From Buchnera aphidicola str. APS (Acyrthosiphon pisum) (GTDB lineage Bacteria > Pseudomonadota > Gammaproteobacteria > Enterobacterales > Enterobacteriaceae), in NCBI RefSeq assembly GCF_000009605.1, contig NC_002528.1:180001-212000 (forward strand): a stretch of DNA of 32,000 bases. Reading direction: 5' to 3'. Each line of letters opens with the position of its first letter. Positions within the stretch are counted from its first letter, which is position 1. The notes below the pieces were generated by a model. The model did no database searches and had not been told where the DNA came from. It worked only from the letters and a program-made list of their open reading frames with translations. Positions 9,582 through 19,830 of the stretch are shown here, one piece after another. Position numbers and translations under genes: made by a program.

Positions 9582-11708
9582 ATGTCCCGTATTATAATGT
9601 TAATCCCTTTAGATAAAGATATTGGTTTGACTTCAATCGGTTTGAGTATCATTTATTTTTTTTATCAAAAAAAAATAAAAAAGAAATCTGTTCAGTCTAT
9701 ATTGTATTTTTCCTGCACACAAAATTCATCTAATAGTACATCGCATGTTATTAATAAATATTTTTCAAAAATCGTTCATACAGTAGATTACATAGATTTT
9801 TCTAAAGTTTTGTTTAATTCTCCAGAGTATTCATTTTTATTAAATAAAGTTATAGATGAACATTATAATAACAAATTTTTACGTGAACTTATTCTAATTG
9901 AAGGTATAAAAAATAATTATTGTATTAATTCTGAAGAAATGAATTATGATATTTCTCAAAATTTGAATGCGGAAGTAATATTTATAGCAAATTTAGAAAA
10001 TTCTTCTCCCGAATATATTAAAAATAAAGAAAAAAAAATTAATTTTTTTTTAAAACAAAAAAAATATAAAAATATTTTAGGTGTTATTTTTAATCAAATT
10101 AATTCTCCTTTTCTAGAAAACAAATATGATTTTATAAAAAAGTTGATAGTTTTAAAAAAAATAAAAAATGAAACAAAAACAATAGTGCCTAAAAAAATAT
10201 TAAAAAATAATTTTTTCTCAATTATAGCCTGTATTCCTTGGAATCGAAACATCGTAACAACACGTGTAATAGATCTTTTTAATTTTTTAAATATACAACA
10301 TACTAATTTAGTACAAAAAAAAAATCATATCATAGAAGAAATAATCATATTCGATACGCATCATCTAAATTTATTAAATAAACACTCTTTAAATACTTTA
10401 GTAATAGTTTCTTTTAGTCGTGTAGATGTTTTTTTAAATGTTTTAAATTGTAATGTGAATCGTAGTAAAGTGAAGTGTATTATATTAACGGGAATATTAA
10501 AATTAAAAAAAAATATTGCTTCTTTATATAAATTTTTAATTAAAAGATCTATTTCTATTTTTTTTACAGAAAAAAATACAATAGAGATTTTATCTCAATT
10601 GCAAAACTTTAACTTTGATATTTCTGTAAAAGATATAACATATATTAAAAAATTACAGAGATATATTTCCAATTTTTTTTGTCATTCTTCTTTTATGTTT
10701 TTTAAAAAAAAATATAATATAAATGTAATATATCCTCCGAAAGAATTTTGTTATAATTTAAAATTATTATCACAAAAAAAAAATAAACGTATTAAATTGC
10801 CTGAATCATATGAAATTCGAATATTAAAATCCGTTGCAATATGCAGTGATTCTAATATTGCTCAATGTGTGTTATTGGGTGATCCAAAAAAAATTTATAG
10901 TATTGCAAACGATAACGGGATTAATTTAAAAAAAAATATTGAAATAATTGATCCTATTTCAGTAAGACAAGAATATCTTGCACGTTTTTTAGAAATACGG
11001 AAAGGAAAAAATATCAACGAATTTTCTGCTAAAAAACAATTAGAAGATAATACTGTTTTAGCAACTTTGATACTGGAATCTAATCATGTAGATGGATTAG
11101 TTTCTGGATCCATAAATACCACATCTGATACTATACGTCCAGCATTGCAAATTATTAAAACTAATCCTCAAAGTTTATTAGTCTCATCTATTTTTTTCAT
11201 GTTGTTACCAAATCAAGTTTTAATTTATGGTGATTGTGCAATTAATATCAATCCTACTGCAGAAGAATTAGCAGTAATTGCCATTCAATCTGCAGATTCA
11301 GCAAAAATGTTTGGAATAGAACCACGTATTGCAATGTTGTCTTATTCAACGGGTTGTTCTGGATTTGGGTGTCAAGTTGAAAAAGTCAAAGAAGCTACTT
11401 CTATTATTAAGAATAGAAGATCCGATTTAATAATTGACGGGCCTATACAATATGATGCAGCAGTTTCAAATAAGGTTGCTAAATTAAAAGCACCTTCTTC
11501 ACCAATTTCAGGATCTGCGAATGTTTTTATTTTTCCAGATTTAAATTCTGGTAATATAGCTTATAAAGCAGTTCAACGTTCTTCAAGAATAGTTTCTATT
11601 GGTCCAATGCTTCAGGGTTTGAGAAAACCAGTAAATGATTTGTCAAGAGGTGCCTCAGTGGAAGACATTATTTATACCATTGCATTAACATCAATTCAAT
11701 CTGAATAA
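9582..11708 (+). CDS. pta: Phosphate acetyltransferase, full-length three-domain form (start at 9582 preferred over 9558)
   Basis: Begins MSRIIMLIPLDKDIGLTS; the C-terminal catalytic domain is highly conserved (VDGLVSGSINTTSDTIRPALQIIKTNP, FFMLLPNQVLIYGDCAIN, FIFPDLNSGNIAYKAVQR, SIGPMLQGLRKPVNDLSRGA). Directly downstream of ackA. Confidence 0.97.
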   Translation: MSRIIMLIPLDKDIGLTSIGLSIIYFFYQKKIKKKSVQSILYFSCTQNSSNSTSHVINKYFSKIVHTVDYIDFSKVLFNSPEYSFLLNKVIDEHYNNKFLRELILIEGIKNNYCINSEEMNYDISQNLNAEVIFIANLENSSPEYIKNKEKKINFFLKQKKYKNILGVIFNQINSPFLENKYDFIKKLIVLKKIKNETKTIVPKKILKNNFFSIIACIPWNRNIVTTRVIDLFNFLNIQHTNLVQKKNHIIEEIIIFDTHHLNLLNKHSLNTLVIVSFSRVDVFLNVLNCNVNRSKVKCIILTGILKLKKNIASLYKFLIKRSISIFFTEKNTIEILSQLQNFNFDISVKDITYIKKLQRYISNFFCHSSFMFFKKKYNINVIYPPKEFCYNLKLLSQKKNKRIKLPESYEIRILKSVAICSDSNIAQCVLLGDPKKIYSIANDNGINLKKNIEIIDPISVRQEYLARFLEIRKGKNINEFSAKKQLEDNTVLATLILESNHVDGLVSGSINTTSDTIRPALQIIKTNPQSLLVSSIFFMLLPNQVLIYGDCAININPTAEELAVIAIQSADSAKMFGIEPRIAMLSYSTGCSGFGCQVEKVKEATSIIKNRRSDLIIDGPIQYDAAVSNKVAKLKAPSSPISGSANVFIFPDLNSGNIAYKAVQRSSRIVSIGPMLQGLRKPVNDLSRGASVEDIIYTIALTSIQSE

Positions 11709-11739
11709 AAACGAATTTTTTATAAAAAAATATATATTT

Positions 11740-12003
11740 TTAAATTTTAATTGTGATATTTCCTTTTGGTTTACAACAACATGGAAAAATTTCTCGTTCT
11801 TTAAATAAAGCAGCCATAGGCTGTTTTATTAAATAAAATACTTCTCCTTTGATTAATTCAATTCGGCATATACCACAATATCCAGATCTACATTGATATT
11901 CTAGATGAATATTGTTTAATTCTAAAACCAATAACAAGGTTATCTGTGTTTGATAAACAATTTTTTTTTTAATATTTGTTATTTCAATAATAGAGGATTG
12001 CAT
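11740..12003 (-). CDS. yfaE: 2Fe-2S ferredoxin-like diferric-tyrosyl radical cofactor maintenance protein
   Basis: 87-aa ORF with LEYQCRSGYCGICRIELIKGEV...EIFPCCCKPKG matching the plant-type ferredoxin cysteine pattern. Adjacent to nrdB. Confidence 0.93.
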   Translation of the reverse strand: MQSSIIEITNIKKKIVYQTQITLLLVLELNNIHLEYQCRSGYCGICRIELIKGEVFYLIKQPMAALFKEREIFPCCCKPKGNITIKI

Positions 12004-12005
12004 GT

Positions 12006-13136
12006 TTATAGTTCAAATTTTTTAAATTCATTATCAGATACTTCTGAATCAATTTGACCAACTAAATAAGAACTAATTTCTGTTTCTTGTGGCGCAATTT
12101 GTATATTGTCAGAAGTCAACCAATCATTAATCCAAGGAATAGGATTAGATTGTTTTTTAAAAGGCATTTTAAAACCTATCGCATGCATACGAATATTTGT
12201 AATATATTCTATATACTGACAAAGAATATCTTTATTTAATCCAAGCATCGAACCACTTTTAAATAAATATGAAGCCCATTTTTTTTCTTGTTGTGCTGCG
12301 GAAATAAATATATTAATAGCTTCTTCTTTACATTCTAAAACTACATCTTCCATATTTTCATTATTTTTTATATTACTTAAAAGATTTAAAATATGTTGAG
12401 TTCCTGTTAGATGTAACGCTTCATCGCGTGCTATCAATCTTATAATTTTTGCATTTCCTTCCATAAGTTCTCTTTCTGCAAACGCAAATGAACATGCGAA
12501 ACTAACATAAAATCTAATGGCTTCTAAAACATTTACACTAATTAAACATAGATATAATCTTTTTTTAAGAAATCTTAAATTGATATGAATTTTTTTCCCA
12601 TTTATTAAGTGAATACCTTCACCTAATAAATGCCAATAACTAGTTAAATTTATCAATTCGTCATAATAAATAGAAATATTTTGAGCTCGATCATAAATGT
12701 TTTTATTTGAAATAATATCATCAAAGACTAAAGATGGACAGTTAACAATGTTTCTAATGATATGAGTATAAGAACGTGAATGGATCGTTTCTGAAAAAGA
12801 CCATGTTTCAATCCATGTTTCTAATTCAGGAATAGAGATGATTGGTAAAAAGGCTATATTCGGGCTTCTTCCTTGTATCGAATCGAGTAGCGTTTGATAC
12901 TTTAAATTACTAATAAAAATATGTTTTTCATTGTCAGGTAAATTTTGGAAATCTATTCTATCTCTAGAAAGATCTATTTCTTCAGGTCTCCAAAAAAACG
13001 ATAATTGTTTTTCAATTAATTGTTCAAAAATTTTATATTTTTGTTGATCATATCTAGCGATGTTTACAGGTTGTCCAAAAAACATAGGTTCTTTAAGTTG
13101 ATTATTTTTTTTTTTTGAGAAAATTGTGTAAGACAT
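12006..13136 (-). CDS. nrdB: Ribonucleoside-diphosphate reductase class Ia, beta subunit
   Basis: 376-aa ORF: [42 protein letters not shown]; metal-binding pattern [15 protein letters not shown] and [15 protein letters not shown]. Confidence 0.98.
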   Translation of the reverse strand: MSYTIFSKKKNNQLKEPMFFGQPVNIARYDQQKYKIFEQLIEKQLSFFWRPEEIDLSRDRIDFQNLPDNEKHIFISNLKYQTLLDSIQGRSPNIAFLPIISIPELETWIETWSFSETIHSRSYTHIIRNIVNCPSLVFDDIISNKNIYDRAQNISIYYDELINLTSYWHLLGEGIHLINGKKIHINLRFLKKRLYLCLISVNVLEAIRFYVSFACSFAFAERELMEGNAKIIRLIARDEALHLTGTQHILNLLSNIKNNENMEDVVLECKEEAINIFISAAQQEKKWASYLFKSGSMLGLNKDILCQYIEYITNIRMHAIGFKMPFKKQSNPIPWINDWLTSDNIQIAPQETEISSYLVGQIDSEVSDNEFKKFEL

Positions 13137-13203
13137 GTTATTACACCTAATGATAAATTTAATATTGTACTATATATTCCTAAAAATTTTTATTTTTTTA
13201 TTT

Positions 13204-15492
13204 TTATAAAATACATGATCCGCTTTCACAAATATCTTCTGTTATAGATTTAGATGTAATATTTTGATCGTCTTCAGAACCATCCCGAGTATTTTGATAA
13301 TAGAGTGTTTTTAAACCAAGCTTATAAGACAAGAGAAGATCATAGAGAAGCTGTTTCATCGGGATCTTGTTATTTAAAAATCTTGCTGGATCATAGTGTG
13401 TATTTACTGAGATAGATTGATCAATAAATTTTTGCATAATACCGGCTAGTTGTAGATATCCTGTATTATTTGGAATATCCCAAAGTAATTCGTACTGTAA
13501 TCGTAATTTTTTATATTCAGGGACAACTTGACGTAAGATTCCATCTTTAGATACTTTAATACTAATAAACCCTCTTGGCGGTTCAATTCCATTTGTTGCA
13601 TTAGATATTTGAGAAGATGTTTCTGAAGGCATTAAGGCAGATAAAGTTGAGTTTCTTAGTCCATATTTTTTTATTTTACTACGTAATAAATTCCAGTCTA
13701 AATGTAGTGGTTCATTGCATATGTCATCAATATATTTTTTATATGTATCTATAGGTAATTTTCCTAAATAGTAATTAGTATGATTAAACAAAGAACATGC
13801 TCCTTTTTCTTTCGCTAATTCACAAGATGCTTCTAATAAATAATATTGCATTGCTTCAAAGGTTTTATGTGTTAAATTATGTGCACTTCCATCTGAATAA
13901 CGTACTTTATTTTTAGCCAAATAATATGCAAAATTAATTACACCAATTCCTAAGGATCGTCTAGAAATAGCTGATTTTTTAGCTGCTAATACTGGGTAAT
14001 TTTGATAATCTAATATTTCATCAAGCGCACGCACAGATAATATTGACAATTCTTTAAAGTCATCAAGACTTTTAATTTTTCCCAAATTAAAAGCTGATAA
14101 TGTACATAGTGCTATTTCCCCATCTGTATCATGCACATCATTTAATGACTTAGTTGGTAACGTAATTTCTAAGCATAAATTAGATTGTCTTATTGGAGAC
14201 AATTCGGGGTTAAACGCACTGTGTAAATTACAATGATCTACATTTTGTACATAAATACGTCCAGTAGAAGTTCTCTCTTGCATCATCAGAGAAAATAAAT
14301 CTAATGCTTTAATAGTTTTTTTTCTAATATTTTTATTTTTTTCATATTGTAAATATATTTTTTTAAATTTTTTCTGATCAGAAAAAAATGCTTTATATAA
14401 ATCAGGAACATCTGAGGGACTAAATAATGTTATTTGATCTCCTGATAGCATTCTTTGATACATTAATTTATTAATTTGAATAGCGTAATCAATATGACGT
14501 ACTCTATTTTCTTCGATTCCTCTATTGTTTTTTAAAACTAATAAACTTTCAACTTCTAAATGCCAAATCGGATAAAAAATAGTTGCAGCCCCACCTCTTA
14601 CACCCCCTTGTGAACAAGATTTTACAGCACTTTGAAAATGTTTATAAAAAGGTATACACCCTGTATGAAATGCTTCTCCATTTCTAATAGGACTACCTAA
14701 TGCACGAATTTGTCCAGCATTAACACCAATTCCGGCACGTTGAGAAACATATTTTACAATAGAGCTAGTTGTGGCATTAATAGAATTTAAACTATCACCA
14801 CATTCAATTAAAACACAAGAGCTAAATTGACGAGTTGGAGTTCTGACACCAGACATAATTGGTGTTGGTAATGAAATTTTAAAAGTAGAAATCGCATTAT
14901 AAAAACGATGAATATAGTTCATTCGAACATTTTTTGGATATTGTGAAAATAAACATGCAGATATTAAAATATATAAAAATTGCGCACTTTCGTATATTTT
15001 TCCATTAACGCGATTTTGTATTAAATATTTTCCTTCTAATTGTTTTACAGCTGCATATGAAAAATTCATATCTCGCCAATGATCAATAAAACTATTCATT
15101 TGTAAAAATTCTTTATAAGAGTAGTTTTTTAATAAATTCTCATCATATTTTTCCAAATCAACCATTTTCTTTACATGATCATATAGTTTAGGTGGTTCAA
15201 ATTGACCATAAGCTTTTTTTCTAAGATGAAAAATAGCTAGTCTTGCAGCCATATACTGATAATCTGGTGTATCTTGTGAAATCAGATCAGCCGCGGCTTT
15301 TATAATAGTTTCATGTATGTTAATAGTAGTAATATTATTATAAAATTGAATACGTGAGCATAATTCAACTTGTGACACAGATACGTCATCTAATCCTTCT
15401 GACGCCCAATTTAATACTTTATGAATTTTATCTAAATTTATTTTTTCTTTTCTTCCATCACGTTTAGTGACAAACAGATTTTTTTTCATCAT
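13204..15492 (-). CDS. nrdA: Ribonucleoside-diphosphate reductase class Ia, alpha subunit
   Basis: 762-aa ORF with N-terminal ATP-cone, MPTPIMSGVRTPTRQFSSCVL, NLCLEITLPT, ALMPSETSSQISNATNGIEPPRG and a C-terminal redox cysteine pair CESGSCIL. Confidence 0.98.
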   Translation of the reverse strand: MMKKNLFVTKRDGRKEKINLDKIHKVLNWASEGLDDVSVSQVELCSRIQFYNNITTINIHETIIKAAADLISQDTPDYQYMAARLAIFHLRKKAYGQFEPPKLYDHVKKMVDLEKYDENLLKNYSYKEFLQMNSFIDHWRDMNFSYAAVKQLEGKYLIQNRVNGKIYESAQFLYILISACLFSQYPKNVRMNYIHRFYNAISTFKISLPTPIMSGVRTPTRQFSSCVLIECGDSLNSINATTSSIVKYVSQRAGIGVNAGQIRALGSPIRNGEAFHTGCIPFYKHFQSAVKSCSQGGVRGGAATIFYPIWHLEVESLLVLKNNRGIEENRVRHIDYAIQINKLMYQRMLSGDQITLFSPSDVPDLYKAFFSDQKKFKKIYLQYEKNKNIRKKTIKALDLFSLMMQERTSTGRIYVQNVDHCNLHSAFNPELSPIRQSNLCLEITLPTKSLNDVHDTDGEIALCTLSAFNLGKIKSLDDFKELSILSVRALDEILDYQNYPVLAAKKSAISRRSLGIGVINFAYYLAKNKVRYSDGSAHNLTHKTFEAMQYYLLEASCELAKEKGACSLFNHTNYYLGKLPIDTYKKYIDDICNEPLHLDWNLLRSKIKKYGLRNSTLSALMPSETSSQISNATNGIEPPRGFISIKVSKDGILRQVVPEYKKLRLQYELLWDIPNNTGYLQLAGIMQKFIDQSISVNTHYDPARFLNNKIPMKQLLYDLLLSYKLGLKTLYYQNTRDGSEDDQNITSKSITEDICESGSCIL

Positions 15493-15561
15493 TAATTTAA
15501 CTTATTATAAAGAGTATAAAAAATTTATTTTCATTTAATTATTAATACATATTATCTACAT

Positions 15562-18054
15562 CTATAGATCAATTTTTTCTATCATAGGATCTACAATTTT
15601 TTGTAGAGCAACAACTTTTTCATTTTTTGATGTTCTAATCAATATTACACCTTGCGTGTTACGTTTTAATACTCCAACTTCGGAAACTCTAATTCTAACT
15701 AATGTTCCTGCATCAGTAATCATCATAATTTGATCTTTTTCTATAACTTGTATTGCTCCAATTATCTTTCCATTTTTTTTGGTAATTTTAATCGAAATAA
15801 CACCTTGAGTAGCACGTGATTTTATAGGAAAATCAGAAATTTTCGTACGTTTTCCATATCCATTTTTTGTTGCTATCAAAATACTTCCTTTATTTTTAGG
15901 TACAATTAAAGAAACAACTTTGTCATTTTTCTTAATTTTAATTCCTTTAACTCCAGATGCAGTTCTACCCATAGTACGAACACTATTTTCTAAAAACTGT
16001 ACTACTTTACCGTTCTGTGTGAATAACATGATATTGTTATTTCCATCAGTTAAAGCGACTCCAATAAGCTCATCATTTGCATGTAAATTGATGGCTATAA
16101 TTCCTGCAAATCTCGGTTTTTTAAATTGACTTAAAGAACTTTTTTTTACTATTCCATGAGCTGTAGTCATAAAAATATTAAGGTTATCTTGATATTTATG
16201 TACTGGTAATATAGCTGTAATCCTCTCTTTAGGGCTTAATGGTAACAAATTTACTATTGGTCTTCCTCTTGCATGTCTACTAGACTCAGGTAATTGATAT
16301 ACTTTCATCCAATATAGAATACCGCGACTAGAAAAACATAATATAGTATCATGCGTATTTGCTATTACTAAACTTTCTATAAAATCTTCTTCTTTTATTT
16401 TTGCAGCTGATTTCCCTTTTCCACCGCGTCTTTGAGCATTATAATCAGAAAGAGGTTGATATTTTACATATCCTGAATGAGATAGTGTTACTACGACATC
16501 TTCTTGATTAATTAAATCTTCCATATTAATATCAGAATGATTTTCGGTGATTTTAGTTCGTCTTTTATCACTAAAGTTATTTTGTATTGATAATAATTCC
16601 GATTTTATAACTTCAAACATTTTCTTAGGATTTTCAAGTATTTCTTTTAATTCTTTAGTTTTTTTTATTAAATCATTGTGCTCCATAATTATTTTTTCTT
16701 GTTCTAAATTAGTTATTTTATGTAAACGTAAATCTAATATAGCTTGTGCCTGTTTTTCACTGAAATAGTATTCATGTTTTTTAGCTAAATAATTTATTTT
16801 TTCAGATTTCCAGTTTTTTTGAATTATAATTTTTTTTGCATCTATTGAGTTTACTGAATTTTTTATTATTTCAATAATTGCATTAATATTAATTAATGCC
16901 ATATTCAATCCTTCAAGGATATGAATACGGTTGCGAACCTTATTTAATTCAAAAAGACTACGTCTTATAATGATTTCTTGTCTATGTGACAAGAAATTTT
17001 TTAATATCTCTTTTAAAGATAAAGTTTTGGGTTGTCCTTGACATAAAGCAACCATATTAATACCAAAAGATATTTGCAATTGAGTTAAAGAATATAGCTG
17101 ATTGAGAATTACTTCGGCTATTGCCTCTCGTTTTATTTCTATAACAATTCTCATTCCATCTTTATCAGATTCGTCGCGTAATGCAGTGATTCCATCAATT
17201 CTTTTTTCTTTAACTAATTCTGCTATTTTTTCTATTAAGCGAGATTTATTGACTTGATACGGTATTTCATTAAAGACAATAGATTCTTTTTTATTTTTTT
17301 TATTTTTTTCAATCTGGTTTTGTGCTCGAATATAAATTTTTCCTTTTCCAGTGCGATAAGCTTCTTCAATTCCTGATTTTCCATTAATTATAGCAGCTGT
17401 TGGGAAATCTGGACCTGGAATATGTTTAATTAATTCTTCTAGGGTGATGTCGTTATTATCAATATATGCTAAGCAACCATTAATCACTTCATTTAAGTTA
17501 TGAGGTGGAATATTTGTAGCCATTCCTACAGCTATACCTGATGAACCATTTATTAAAAGATTAGGTATTTTTGCTGGTAGTATTTCTGGAATGTATTCAG
17601 TTCCATCATAGTTTGGTAAAAATTCGACAGTATTCTTCTCTAAGTCGTTTAATAGCTCATGAGCTATTTTGGACATGCGAACTTCTGTATATCGCATTGC
17701 TGCAGCAGAATCTCCATCAACAGAACCAAAATTTCCCTGTCCATCTATAAGCATATAGCGCAATGAAAATTTTTGAGCCATCCGAACTATTGCATCATAT
17801 ACAGCAGAATCTCCATGTGGGTGATATTTTCCTATAACATCACCTACTATGCGAGCAGATTTTTTATATGCTTTATTCCAATCATTATTTAATATATACA
17901 TTGCAAAAAGTATTCTTCGATGGACTGGTTTTAAACCATCTCGAACATCTGGTAAGGCGCGGCCGACTATCACGGACATAGAATAGTCTAAGTAGGAGCT
18001 TTTTAACTCTTCTTCAATATTGACCTGTATGATTTCTCGTGAAGGGTCTTTCAT
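15562..18054 (-). CDS. gyrA: DNA gyrase subunit A
   Basis: 830-aa ORF with [47 protein letters not shown], catalytic [11 protein letters not shown] region and GyrA box QRRGGKG. Confidence 0.98.
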   Translation of the reverse strand: MKDPSREIIQVNIEEELKSSYLDYSMSVIVGRALPDVRDGLKPVHRRILFAMYILNNDWNKAYKKSARIVGDVIGKYHPHGDSAVYDAIVRMAQKFSLRYMLIDGQGNFGSVDGDSAAAMRYTEVRMSKIAHELLNDLEKNTVEFLPNYDGTEYIPEILPAKIPNLLINGSSGIAVGMATNIPPHNLNEVINGCLAYIDNNDITLEELIKHIPGPDFPTAAIINGKSGIEEAYRTGKGKIYIRAQNQIEKNKKNKKESIVFNEIPYQVNKSRLIEKIAELVKEKRIDGITALRDESDKDGMRIVIEIKREAIAEVILNQLYSLTQLQISFGINMVALCQGQPKTLSLKEILKNFLSHRQEIIIRRSLFELNKVRNRIHILEGLNMALININAIIEIIKNSVNSIDAKKIIIQKNWKSEKINYLAKKHEYYFSEKQAQAILDLRLHKITNLEQEKIIMEHNDLIKKTKELKEILENPKKMFEVIKSELLSIQNNFSDKRRTKITENHSDINMEDLINQEDVVVTLSHSGYVKYQPLSDYNAQRRGGKGKSAAKIKEEDFIESLVIANTHDTILCFSSRGILYWMKVYQLPESSRHARGRPIVNLLPLSPKERITAILPVHKYQDNLNIFMTTAHGIVKKSSLSQFKKPRFAGIIAINLHANDELIGVALTDGNNNIMLFTQNGKVVQFLENSVRTMGRTASGVKGIKIKKNDKVVSLIVPKNKGSILIATKNGYGKRTKISDFPIKSRATQGVISIKITKKNGKIIGAIQVIEKDQIMMITDAGTLVRIRVSEVGVLKRNTQGVILIRTSKNEKVVALQKIVDPMIEKIDL

Positions 18055-18320
18055 AAAAAGTTTATCTCTTTTATTGAAAAAATCAAATTAAGTAAAAAAT
18101 TATAACATAATTAAACTATTAGATGCATCTAAAGAAAAATTTTCTAAAATGAAAAGTAATTCTTATATTAATAAAAAATCTTTTTTTTTTTTTTTGTATT
18201 GTTTATTTTAGATGAAAGTATTATTATAAATAACAATTATTACTTAATAATAAAATTATTGAAAAGTCATAATTGAAAATATACTAGTTTATTAATTTGA
18301 TTTTGAGAGGAGATATTATT

Positions 18321-19037
18321 ATGACAGATGAAGAAAAAAATTTAATAGAAAATTTATTTCATCGTTTAAAAAAAACTGAATTAAATTCTCCTGAAAGAGA
18401 TGATGCAGCCGATGAACTAATTCAAAGATTAGCAAAAAAACAACCTACTTCCTCTTACTATATGGCCCAAACAATATTGATTCAAGAAACAGCTATAAAA
18501 AAAATGAGTATAGAACTTGAAGAGTTAAGAAAAAAAATAAAAATATTAAATAGAGAAGAAACAAATAAAAAACCAAGTTTTTTATCAAATTTTTTTAAAA
18601 AAAAATCTCCTTCTGAAATAATCTCTAACGATAATAACATATTGAAAAAAAAGGAAAATATTTTACCCTCTAACTATTCCAGTTCTCCAATTTCACCAAC
18701 GACTCAAACATCACCAGTAATAAATAATACAAGGAGTAGTAGTTTTCTTGGCAATGCATTACAAACAGCTACAGGTGTAGCAGGTGGTATGATTTTAGGT
18801 AATATGTTGATGAATGTTTTTAGTCACACTAAACCAGAAGAAGATATATTCGATACCGTTAAACAATCATCTTCAGATGAGTATACAGAAAATAATTTTT
18901 TAAATAATAACACTGATAATGATTTAATAAATTACTCATACAATGAATCAGATATAAATTTTAGAGAATCAAGTGAAGAAAGTATTAATAATAATGTTGA
19001 TGATACAGACGATATTGACAATGACAACTTTATTTAA
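18321..19037 (+). CDS. DUF2076 family protein (start at 18321 preferred over the TTG at 18297)
   Basis: N-terminal MTDEEKNLIENLFHRLKK...ERDDAADELIQRL...QPTSSYYMAQTILIQETAIKKM resembles DUF2076 proteins. Central Gly-rich segment FLGNALQTATGVAGGMILGNMLMNVF and an acidic/Asn-rich C-terminus. Confidence 0.8.
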   Translation: MTDEEKNLIENLFHRLKKTELNSPERDDAADELIQRLAKKQPTSSYYMAQTILIQETAIKKMSIELEELRKKIKILNREETNKKPSFLSNFFKKKSPSEIISNDNNILKKKENILPSNYSSSPISPTTQTSPVINNTRSSSFLGNALQTATGVAGGMILGNMLMNVFSHTKPEEDIFDTVKQSSSDEYTENNFLNNNTDNDLINYSYNESDINFRESSEESINNNVDDTDDIDNDNFI

Positions 19038-19110
19038 AAAAATATATATATTTTAAGTTTGAATTCATAATATTCCATATTATATCAGTCATAAGATTAA
19101 AATAGATATA

Positions 19111-19151
19111 AAAAATAAAGCCAGCATAAAATATTTTTTTTTGCTGACTTT
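19111..19151 (-). terminator. Rho-independent-like terminator of the peroxiredoxin gene
   Basis: Minus-strand AAAGTCAGC ... GCTGGCTTT (with a G.U pair) followed by ATTTTTTA. The G.U pair makes the stem continuous only in the minus-strand RNA. Starts about 9 nt after the stop codon. Confidence 0.7.
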
Positions 19152-19159
19152 AGCTCTCA

Positions 19160-19753
19160 TTAAGAATATTTACTTAAATATTGAGAAACTCCTTCTGAAG
19201 AAGCTGTTATACCTTCTTCTCCTTTTTTCCAATTAGCAGGGCATACTTCTCCAAATTTATTATGAAAATCTAAAGCATCTACCATACGTATCATATCTGT
19301 TATATTACGTCCGAATGGTAGATCATTTACAACTTGATGGCGTATAATCCAATTCGAATCAATTAGAAATGAGGCTCTCAGTGCTATACCAAGATTTGGA
19401 TGTTGAATTCCATAAGATTTTTGAATATCATGTTTTACATCAGATACCATAGGAAAATTTATTTTTCCAATCCCGCCATTTTTAGGTAATGTATTTTGCC
19501 AAGCTTGATGAACATAAACACTATCAATTGATACACCTACTATTTTTACATTTCTTTTTTTAAATTCTGAGTGAAGTTTATTGAACTCTATAATTTCAGA
19601 GGGACATACAAAAGTAAAATCCATTGGCCAAAAAAATAGTACGGTCGATTGACCATTAGAATACTTTTTAAGATCAAATTGCTCAACAATTTGATTGTTT
19701 TTTAAAATTGCTGGAGCAATAAAGTTAGGTGCGTTTTGTGTTACTAAAACCAT
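19160..19753 (-). CDS. Typical 2-Cys peroxiredoxin (Prx1/AhpC-type, peroxiredoxin C-like)
   Basis: 197-aa ORF with peroxidatic Cys motif FWPMDFTFVCPSEI, GGIG motif and resolving Cys motif EVCPANWKKGEEG. Confidence 0.95.
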   Translation of the reverse strand: MVLVTQNAPNFIAPAILKNNQIVEQFDLKKYSNGQSTVLFFWPMDFTFVCPSEIIEFNKLHSEFKKRNVKIVGVSIDSVYVHQAWQNTLPKNGGIGKINFPMVSDVKHDIQKSYGIQHPNLGIALRASFLIDSNWIIRHQVVNDLPFGRNITDMIRMVDALDFHNKFGEVCPANWKKGEEGITASSEGVSQYLSKYS

Positions 19754-19830
19754 TTTTTTTCCTATAGTGTTATACTAGTAAAAGAAAATTATTGTTAATT
19801 TTTAATCAACAATGGAAATTTAAAATAAAT

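Noticed and set aside
15920-16768. Plus-strand ORFs 15920..16129 and 16547..16768 inside gyrA
   Set aside because: Antisense to gyrA with no recognisable motifs.
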